A DNA stretch of 62,013 nucleotides, counting the filler, from Rhabdomonas costata (taxonomy: Eukaryota), in assembly GCA_019059605.1 (NCBI GenBank). It is 30 parts of 30 records of this genome, joined end to end, with 100 filler letters (N's around TTAATTAATTAA, not from the genome) between each part and the next. Parts side by side here need not be neighbours in the genome. Positions count along the whole stretch, not along the records: positions 37,266 to 39,236 come from JAHMHO010006857.1; positions 39,337 to 41,307 come from JAHMHO010006858.1; positions 41,408 to 43,378 come from JAHMHO010006859.1; positions 43,479 to 45,448 come from JAHMHO010006860.1; positions 45,549 to 47,518 come from JAHMHO010006861.1; 25 more parts are not named here. One strand, 5' to 3'. Position numbers and translations under genes: made by a program. Positions within the stretch are counted from its first letter, which is position 1, and each line of letters opens with the position of its first letter. Below, piece after piece: positions 38,043 through 47,518 of the stretch. The notes under the pieces are model-generated. The model saw nothing but the letters and a program-made list of their open reading frames with translations, did no database searches and was not told where the DNA came from.

Positions 38043-39236
38043 TTACAAATTTGTTTTATAATCTATTTTTAATTTCATAAGTAATGTATTGTATTCTTTT
38101 TCTGTTTTTTTGATTTGTTCTTTTGCATTATTCACATAGTTAAAATCAAAATCTAACATTTTTATCACATCTTTATTTTTTGGTATTTTTATGACAATGT
38201 CTTTAATTGTTTCTTTTGTTATTCTTGGAACTATTGAACCATGAATCAATTCACAAAATTTTGATTGTATCGATTTTAAATAATAGTATAAATAATCAAT
38301 CTTCGTATACTTCGAGTCAATTACATAGACTTCATTATTCATTATTGAGAAATTTTTATCCATGTGTATATTTACTTTTCCAATCATTCCAATTATAATT
38401 AATTTTTTGGTATACATACATTCGTCCACATACAATATTTTATCACTGTTACTATAAAATGGATATTTTCCTTGATATGACGATTGAGATAATTTTATGT
38501 TTTTATTTCTTTTTTGATATGTTACACAATCTTCAAAAGTAAATGTATAACATTCTTCAATACTAATTAATGATTTTATTTTACATTGAACTATTGATTC
38601 AAATGATTCAACTGATTTTTTACTATTGTTTATAAATGTATAACATGAATGTAAATATAAAACTATATCTTTAATTTTTTCTTCAGATTTGGGATATGGT
38701 ATTTGAAAATCTTTTAATGTTTTTGGTGTCATATGTTTTATTGTTGAACCAGTCATCAAATTTAATAATTTATCTTTCATTGTCATTAAAATAAAAAATA
38801 TATATTGTGTTATTGTATTTGATTTTCCTCGTAAAAGAATATTGTCAGATGAACAACTAAATTCTCGATCTAGAAATAATGACCCATTACCTCCACTTCC
38901 TATTATTATTATATCTGTACCATTTCTATAATCTGCAACGTTGATATATTTTTTTGTTTCACAACTTGTATAAAAAAAATATTGTCCTTGATCAGTTGCA
39001 TCACTTGCTCTTCTTTTACTTTTTGGTAAAAATTCAACTAATTCATTTAGTGATTTAAAATCATAGTCATTTGAACATTTATTTTCTTCATTAATGTATT
39101 TTTTATAATTCAATGAATAATCTTTATTTTTTATTTCATTGTAATTTACTTCGAACAATAATTTCTCTTCAATATTTGTAATTTCATCTTTTTTATTTTT
39201 TGTTACATATAATTCAGAGAACTGAAACCACCAACA
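38043..39236 (-). CDS. 5'-truncated restriction-modification protein: N6-MTase (HsdM) C-terminus fused to a two-TRD HsdS-like specificity module; giant-virus-like
   Basis: The frame is open from the contig edge (..FSELYVTKNKKDEITNIEEKLLFEV..). EIKNKDYSLNYKKY resembles an HsdM tail. TRD1 ends TGSTIKHMTPKTLKDFQIPYP and TRD2 ends HGSIVPRITKETIKDIVIKIP, each followed by a helical spacer. Intronless and very AT-rich. Confidence 0.88.
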   Translation of the reverse strand, partial: CWWFQFSELYVTKNKKDEITNIEEKLLFEVNYNEIKNKDYSLNYKKYINEENKCSNDYDFKSLNELVEFLPKSKRRASDATDQGQYFFYTSCETKKYINVADYRNGTDIIIIGSGGNGSLFLDREFSCSSDNILLRGKSNTITQYIFFILMTMKDKLLNLMTGSTIKHMTPKTLKDFQIPYPKSEEKIKDIVLYLHSCYTFINNSKKSVESFESIVQCKIKSLISIEECYTFTFEDCVTYQKRNKNIKLSQSSYQGKYPFYSNSDKILYVDECMYTKKLIIIGMIGKVNIHMDKNFSIMNNEVYVIDSKYTKIDYLYYYLKSIQSKFCELIHGSIVPRITKETIKDIVIKIPKNKDVIKMLDFDFNYVNNAKEQIKKTEKEYNTLLMKLKIDYKTNL

Positions 39237-39338
39237 NNNNNNNNNNNNNNNNNNNNNNNNNNNNNNNNNNNNNNNNNNNNTTAATTAATTAANNNNNNNN
39301 NNNNNNNNNNNNNNNNNNNNNNNNNNNNNNNNNNNNTC

Positions 39339-40531
39339 GACAACAACCTGGACGGGGTCGAGCTGAACTGGGACCGTCCCCGCACCCACGACGAGTGGGC
39401 AGGTCTCGCTCTCCTTGTGGAAGAGCTGCGGGCCAGATTCCTAGCGCGCTCCCAGGCCCTTCACGCCGCAGCCTCGGAAGACATTCACACGAAGCCGCCC
39501 CGATCGTTTCTCGTCGGCATCGCCTACCACGTCGAGCGGCAGGCCCCCACCGAACCTTCCGTGGACTGTCTGGATGCCATTCACGCTGCCGACTTTGCTG
39601 TGCTGACGGTGAGCCCTGGGACTCGGATCGCCAAGGTGGCGGACATTGGGGCCGCCATGGTTGTGCTGGACCGTGCGATTGAGAAGCTTCCTGCCAAGAA
39701 GCTCGTGCTGGGGTTGGCGGAGATCCTGGAGCCCGAGGAAGGGGAGGTTTTGACGGAGAAGGAGGAGGAGGAGTTCCTCGGCCCTAAAATTGACCCCAAC
39801 AGGGCGAGGTAATCATTCAATCATGTCCGAATTTCAGAATGTAGGAACGTGCTGCACTGCGGTCGGGTTGACGAATAGGACGCTGGCGTAAGAATGTACC
39901 GTTGCACATGCAAGCGCATGCAAGGGATAAAGCGTGGTGGTGTAATCTCCTGTTTTATCAATTTATTTTTGCTTGAATTGGGGGGCAGACTAGTGCTCGG
40001 CTGTCGGGCGGGAGAAAGAGGGGACTGTTGGGTCGATGGACTATGCGGCATTATGTGTCCTTCTCGCTTGTTTGCTGCTATGCTTTTTGCGTGCTTCCTC
40101 GCACACACCCGCTTTTTATGGGGCTTCAGTTTATGGTGTTCCCCTGGTGCAGGAGGTGCAAGAGTACAAGGTCAAGGACACTAGAAAATGGTCAGTGGTG
40201 GAAAGTCCGTTGTCAATGGAGGTCTTAGTTTCCCCAAGAGTTGACGGCGGCATAATTTTCTCTGTGGTTTTGGATGGTGGCTGTGGCTGGGCTTTTTAGG
40301 CGGCGGCCCACACCCGCAGAGAAGCCCCCTTCCGCGAGGGAGGTGGGGCGGTTCCACCGCATGCGCACGGTACACCACGAGATGGCCTTTGCCATGCACC
40401 GCGGGCTGGCGGGTGTGGCCCTGCCCGGGCTCAGCGTGGAGGACCTGCCACAAAACCAGCACTCCCTGCTCACCGTTATCGGGGGGCTTGCCGCGCAGTC
40501 GCGCCGCTTCTCTGCAGAGGGAGAGCTGTAG
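39339..40531 (+). CDS. GH18 chitinase-like protein with a degenerate catalytic motif, exons 39339-39808 and 40300-40531
   Basis: NNLDGVELNWD (GH18 DGxDxDWE position), LLVEELRARF, LPAKKLVLGL, FAMHRGLAGVAL..L..ED....SLL; ends EGEL*. Confidence 0.7.
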
Positions 40532-42762
40532 CTGTCGCCCGACGCTGGTTTGAACTGCGTTGGTTCTTCTCTGGTTTCCCGCTGTGGTTGGGAGCGTATA
40601 CGAAATGATGGTGGAATGGTCTCATAGATTTGAGGAAACCGAACGAGTGCACCCAGAATTGATGGAAACGCAGTAATGCAGGCACATAAACAATTCGAAA
40701 GCACTTCATCTAGAGTATGAGACGACTGATGAATAGCACACTATCTATAATCGATTTGCCCATACCCGATCTCGTAAAAAAAATGAAATGCATCAACAAA
40801 CCAAAAAGTGTGTGTGTCTTAGTGAGCCAGTGCACTATTTTACGTGCTTATTAGTTGTCAGCGGTTCGTGTGAGCTGCCATCAGGTTGGTGGGACAACAA
40901 TTCCTGTGCGGTCCTAGCCCTGGCGTATTACATTGACAAAAACGTTGGTCCGTCCAGGTTTATCCACCATGGATATTCTGTGATTTTGTTGGTACTTCTA
41001 TGCGCAAGTTTGACTTAGTCCTTGGAGTTGTTCTCAAACCCAAGCACCTCAAGCCCGTGCTTGCGTACATGGGAATTCGGGCGTACCACACCCGCGCCGT
41101 TCGAGTCGCGTCCGGCGCTCCGGGATCCCAAATGCCAGTCGGCATATGTCCTTGGGCTTCATACGGCCGACGGGAACCAGGACGGGCAGCTCGCCTTGGC
41201 GCGGCCGCCCCGACCTGCCCGCGACTTCACGGCATGAGCACCGCACCCAGACTATCACACTTGTCCCGGCGCCCCGCTTTTTTTTCCTGCCTTTTAACAA
41301 CAAAAACNNNNNNNNNNNNNNNNNNNNNNNNNNNNNNNNNNNNNNNNNNNNTTAATTAATTAANNNNNNNNNNNNNNNNNNNNNNNNNNNNNNNNNNNNN
41401 NNNNNNNTTGTGTTCCGGGAGAACCGAGCTCAGGCCGCGGCCTCCTCCGCAATGCGCTTGCGGTTGCGCTCGGCCTGAGCTCGGTTCTCCCGGAAGACAT
41501 CCGCCATCTGCTTCTCACGGGCTTTTTCCTTTAGGATTGGTTTTCACGTGCCGTGTGCCGTGTATGTGAATGAGAGAGTGAGAGTGAGTGAGTGATTGCG
41601 AATGAATGCACGGCTGTGGCATTGTGCGTGTTTGCGGGCAATTTTACCACATTGAAAGCACGATAAGAGACCAAAAACAAAAGGTAGAGCGCAACTGCTC
41701 TGTCGTGAGCACAGACTTGCGAGGAAACTAATTGACTGGCGCAAAGGAATATAGTTGTGGCTGTACTTGTCAAAGCTCACCGTTAATCTCCCTTCACTTC
41801 TTTATCGATTGACGCGGCTGAGATCTCACGAGTGCAAAGTGTTTGATGGCGGCTGGTGTGTTGAAGTGGAGTGGTGGGACATCACGCCTCCTCCGCGCGG
41901 GCTTTCTCGCGGGCCTTCGCCCTGTCTAACCAGTCCACATGCCGCGGAAGAGCAGCGGGTGGACCAGCCTCTGAACCAACCTGCAAAATACGAAGCAAAG
42001 AACATTTTCAGGGAGAGAGAGAGGGGGGGGGGACCGTTTTCCACCATTAATCTCGCAGGACAAGGGCAAGAGCTTACGCATCTCCCTGCATGTGTCTGTG
42101 CAAGCGGTGTCAGGAGGAGGACGGGAAGAGTGGTGTATCCAGTTCTCTCCCAGATATATTCTCTCATATCCAGCATGAGTCTACTTCAGCAACCTAGCGC
42201 AGCGAAACTCATCAAACATTGGACGTTGGTGGGAACCTCACACACACTCAGCAGCACTGGCCCGTCTTCCCACCAAACGTGACAGCCTACCAGCAAAGGC
42301 TTCTGCATTCGCGGCCGCTCGCCCAGAAGGCGGTCCTTCTCTCCTTCACTGCTAGCCCTTCGGAGCACCCGGGGGTCCTCCCGCGGCCGTGGCGCGGATG
42401 AGGGCACAGGGGGTGGGGTCATACCCCCCACACCACACCACAGCGACAGTGCAAACAAAGCAGAAGCATGCGAAAGATACTGAGGACATTGCTGTACGCC
42501 CCGCAACGAGACAGGAGATTGCACGGGACGGACTTTTAGCACAAAAGAGCAGTAACGCAGGTGATTTCGCTTGCCGTAATTTTTTTTGAAGTTCCAGTCT
42601 GCAAATAGCTGGCAGAATGCCATGGGAATGAAGACCCCGGATTCGGACCACCCATAAGGTTTCACTTTCAGCTTTAACCCTTGATTACTTCCCCTCGAAA
42701 AAACTAACAACAGGGTTTCACAACACAGTTCAGTGCAATACAAAAGCCGGCCCGGGACACAC

Positions 42763-43310
42763 CCTCATGGACTCCGTGGGCCGCGAGCTGCACGCAGAAC
42801 GCGGCATCTCCGGAGTTCGCCACGCAGGAGCGGATCATGTACGAGGGGTCGATGTACTTCACCGTATACTCCTAACATCCGCGAACAACGACGATCACGA
42901 CGACACGATGACTGGTGACTTGCCTTCTTCGATACCAAGAAAACGGCAATAGGACTGCCACATAACTTGCCTGGTTGGACGTGCTTTGCAGCGGACCAAG
43001 ATCAAAGGATGTCACGTGAACATGCGTCTCTTCAACAATCTAACACCACACCCAGATATCTCACTTTCCACCGATGAGCAGCCATGGTTACGAAAGCCTC
43101 TCTTCCCTACCCCAGTGAATTGGTCTGATAATGGAGCACCCCACACCTCGTAGCGGGTCTTCATGTGCTTCTCAATCTCCTTCTTCAGGAAGACCCCGAT
43201 GTCCCCCAGCTTCTTGTTACCGCTGGCATCAGTGCCCTCGGCGGCGCACAGGTCCTGCCCAAACCCCTCGGCCACCACCACCACGCAGTACGGCTCCTTC
43301 TTCAGTCGAG
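42763..43310 (-). CDS. PFK: 6-phosphofructokinase of the trypanosomatid/plant ATP-PFK (group X-like) type, exons 43310-43147 and 42871-42763
   Basis: CVVVVAEGFGQD....DASGNKKLGDIGVFLK..I; TVKYIDPSYMIRSC..NSGDAAFC..LA..GVHE. Confidence 0.93.
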
Positions 43311-43621
43311 CTGCACCCACGGCAAAAATCAGTCATACCGCACAACATTACCGATCAACAATCTGCACCACACCACCCNNNNNNNNNNNNNNNNNNNNNN
43401 NNNNNNNNNNNNNNNNNNNNNNTTAATTAATTAANNNNNNNNNNNNNNNNNNNNNNNNNNNNNNNNNNNNNNNNNNNNGTTGGGTGCTGTAGTGGCATGG
43501 TCTCACTTTGATTCCTTTTCTATAGCAGAAGTGCAGTGTTCTGATGGAAAGCAATGCTGTGTGTTTCTGAGGCACTCGCCAAGCGCTTCCCCACTGTCCC
43601 TCCCTCTTCCTTTTTTTGCAG

Positions 43622-45432
43622 GAGATCATGGACGGGATGTCCGCCGCGGGAATATCGCCCTCGCTGGAGAGCTTCACCGCGCTGCTGCTCAGCCTCCGCC
43701 CCAGCGGAGGGGGAGGCGGCACAGCCGCGGAGAGGTTGCAGGGCGTGCGTGGACTGGAGGCGGAGATTCGCCGCCAGTACCCCTCGTTGAACCAAAGGAC
43801 GTACCACGCACTTCTAGAGTATGGCATCCCTCATTCCCCAATTCCCGCTTTTCTTCTGTTTGCCAATCGGATGATTGTTGCGGTTGCCCATGTGAGCCTT
43901 GTTGTTTCAGAAAGGTCATAGGGGTAGAGCAAAAGCTTCCGGAAAATTGGAATTGGTTCCCCCTGAAAATAATTGATTAAAGAAAATGGAATGAAATTGC
44001 CCTCCCGCTTCCGTTCTTTCTGTTCAACTCGGTCCCCCGAATTTATGCTTCCCTCTTAGTTTTCATGATATCCCTCTGTAATTTTACAATTTGAATTTGT
44101 ATTTGCTCGGCGAAATGGTGGACGTGGATGTCCTTTCCCCTCCCCAGAATTTGGAGCTGGTTCCCCCGAACACAATATGACAAAGATCCCGCTAAAACCC
44201 TAAAAATGCAGAACCTGTGTGAGGACCGAGAGACCTGGAACACCCGAATAGGACGAAAACGGAAAAGTCCGTTGAATGGGCGATCACGTACAAAGCACCT
44301 TTCGCTGCACCTTGCAATCACATCTAGTCCGTCCCTCCCTCCCCCCAAAAAAAACCCAACTCAAAAAAGGGTGTATTGCCGCCACGGGCAGTATGAGGAG
44401 GCCGTGAGCAGGCTGCTTCCAGAGATGCGGGCGCGGCGCATGGAGCCCAGCAACCGGACCTACCGCATGCTTATGAAGTACCTCGGCGAGGCCTCTCGGC
44501 TGGCCCTGGTGTGGGGCTTCTCTTCCTGAATGGTTTTATAGATGTGGCAGTTGGTTTGCTGACCATAGTAGCATATTTTGTTCCGAATCTCTGCCTCCCC
44601 AAGGAGAATCCAAAACTTCTGGGGAACATTGTTCTTCGGGCTCCCACAGTTGGACCATGTGATGAAAGACGCAGTGCCCCGCAAGCTGGATCTCAGCTCC
44701 TACAACAAGCTCATCAGCGTGTACGGACAGGGCCAGCACATCGGCAAGGTGGCAGCTTCCTCCCATTGATCCTCTGTTCTGGTTCTGCGGTGATCCTGAA
44801 AGTGGCACAAGCTCGATCCGACTCCCTCCTTCTCTCTGTGCCTTCATCTGTTCAGATCACTCTCTGGTGCCCTTCTCTCTGATCAACCGTCACTGCCCAA
44901 CATGACCCCTTCTCTTCCTTGGCCCCCGTGCACCCGGTGTCCAGATGAAGTAATCCTCAGTCCAGTCCAAACCTTACCACACGAATGAAAGCGCACTCCT
45001 GCTTTCCTCGTTTCCTAGGAAAAGCAATTCCTGTGGGAGTAGTTTTCTGCCCGAACCTGTCACCTTCCTTCTGACGCTGCATACTCATATGGTCCCGTGG
45101 TCCCGCGCCAGGAATCTCTCTGAGCCCTAATTTCTGTTTGGTATTTTATTCCCTTGCTTTCTTTCATCTCCCTCAGCACTCGTCTCCAGCCTTCTCGTCT
45201 CAAAATCCAAAAGGAACAAACCAAGAGCAGATGTCTGCAGATGCAAATCACGCTATCCCAAAAACAAAGCGAGCTGGGTCTCTCGTATCGCGCTGAGGCT
45301 GATCGCACGTGCGGCGGGATCCTGCCATAGGCCCAAGCCTACTTTGAACAGCTGAAGAAGTACGGAGATCCGGACATTGTCACCTACTCCACGCTGATCG
45401 ATATGTATGCCAAGCTTCCCAACGAAGCGAAG
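43622..45432 (+). CDS. Pentatricopeptide-repeat (PPR) protein, exons 43622-43818, 44370-44508, 44650-44748, 45331-45432
   Basis: TYHALLEVYCRHGQYEEAV..LLPEMRARRMEPSNRTY; SYNKLISVYGQ; PDIVTYSTLIDMYAK; in-frame GT-AG introns. Confidence 0.9.
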
Positions 45433-46439
45433 GTATGGACATGCCTTGNNNNNNNNNNNNNNNNNNNNNNNNNNNNNNNNNNNNNNNNNNNNTTAATTAA
45501 TTAANNNNNNNNNNNNNNNNNNNNNNNNNNNNNNNNNNNNNNNNNNNNGGTTTTACACAAGACGCGCGTTCAGTTCAGCACGGGAAAACCGTTCTAATGC
45601 ACATCCACATTCACCAAAGAGGAACCCCGTTCAACTTTTTCCTGCTTGACTATCGTCATCTACCTTTTATCTACAAAACTTGACCTGACCAAATGGGTCA
45701 CACCCCTTCCCTCAGCGAAGGTGCCTCAGAAACGTGCACCATGGCATCCTTCCCGTCAGTCACTGGAAAAGGCCCCTGAAGGGAGGAAGACACAGGGGGA
45801 AATCAAAAACGACACCTGTGTACAAGCCCACCCAAACCCATCCATCAGGCGAAACCACAACAAGCTCCCTTTCCAAATCATCAATGGGTGCGCTTGAATG
45901 AAAGAGAGCTGATGAGCCATTATTACCCAACTCTCAGACAGGAAGGATTGATTCATTTTTGATTATCCGCCATTTTTCTTCACAAAAATCCCGAGCTTGA
46001 CCATTATTGATTCGAACCATTGTGATTCTTCTACTTCTTCGGAAAAATCTGCTCAGTGAATGGTCCACATTCAAACGTCAAATAGCAAACATCAGGCAGC
46101 ACACACACACACACAACAAGGTACAGATGAAATGTCGGGAGGATGCCATACAGAGCTCAGAACTGCGGTGCGCACTTGGAGGCAGGGTGATGGATTAAAT
46201 CAAATTTAGACGAATGAGGACCGATGAGCGCTTGATGCCCCATCCCCGTACCCCGAAAAATAAGGGAAAGAATCTTACCGTTAACACCTACGTACATGTG
46301 TCGCTCGGTGTTGCTCGGCACAATGCCATCTGGGCTTGTTTTCCGAGTTATAGCCACATTCATGTCGTGCTGGGCTACACATTTCTCCACCTAAATCAGA
46401 ACTTTGTTGACTGGAGTAGTAGGTAAGTTAAGATTGTCC

Positions 46440-47518
46440 GCAGAGAGACAACCTACATAATCCACTCAATACAGGAAACTGATGTTTTCCGCATTGTAGG
46501 TAGGATTGTGGGATTGCTTGAAAGGGCTCATCAGATGCCACCGAACTTAGGCCACCTCCACCGCAACTACCAACCTCAGAAAGTGAGTCTAATAACCACC
46601 CACACAGCTCCGGATTCCGGCGCGCCACCATCATCTTCACCTCTTTCCCATACCTCTTCGCTTTGCTCCAGTTTGGTGGTTCCTTTTGACGTCCATACCT
46701 CTCGCACCACAGCCCACTCTTCCACAGTCTTACCCCACTTCAGATTCAGTGGGGGAGCGTTTTGATCCAGTGTGGTAGAACTCCACTTCCGTATTTATAC
46801 CGTCCATGATCCATGTTATGCCCCAATAAACGTGAACAAACTGACTTATGTTCCTCTCATGATCTCCACCCACAACCGCGCTCACCATCTTTTCCCCTGA
46901 TCACTCTGATCACGACGAGTCACTACTGGCAATATCTCATACGATACGCCCCAACAAAAAAACGAGCTACCATTGTAATCAGCACAACCTGGTGTGCAAC
47001 CACTAACCCCAGTTCCATAACAGCCGTCGCCGATCGCAGAGTCCACCCACCTCTTCACAAATAGAATGAGCCGCGCACTCACCTGAACACTACTCATATA
47101 TAACGTCTCGCTGAACACTAGCCTTCACCATATCATGAAGGATAACTCATCCTTCCTGAATCTAGTGAATCATCTCCACCAAGCTCGTCATCTTCGGACG
47201 ATTCATCCACCCCATGGATGGAACTCAACAACAACCACACCTAAACTTCTTCTGATCAGGTGCTCAGATGGGTGCGTCATTCCAGACAAATATCCCCATC
47301 AGACTACAAGGATGACGCATTTGCCTCAACTATTGTACATGTACAAAATTTTGAACCAACCGCGTCGTTGCCACGAGCACTTAATCAATCTATAAACCAG
47401 GAGCCACCGCCGATTTTACCCACTAACGACCAGCACTAAACGTTAACACAAGAACACCTGCCATCCCACCAGACCAGCACCTCTCAACCATCACTCAGAC
47501 TATCACTAACACCACCCC
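46440..47518 (+). mobile_element. Degenerate non-LTR retrotransposon (LINE) AP-endonuclease remnant
   Basis: Ordered, frameshifted motifs IIHSIQET (46469), MIHV(Y)AP (~46806) and W(K)LNN (~47219); C/A-rich sense strand; many stops. Confidence 0.45.

Noticed and set aside
41530-41790. Possible euglenid non-conventional intron around LTVSFDKYS
   Set aside because: The borders could not be fixed, no convincing end-pairing was seen, and the exon status is uncertain.
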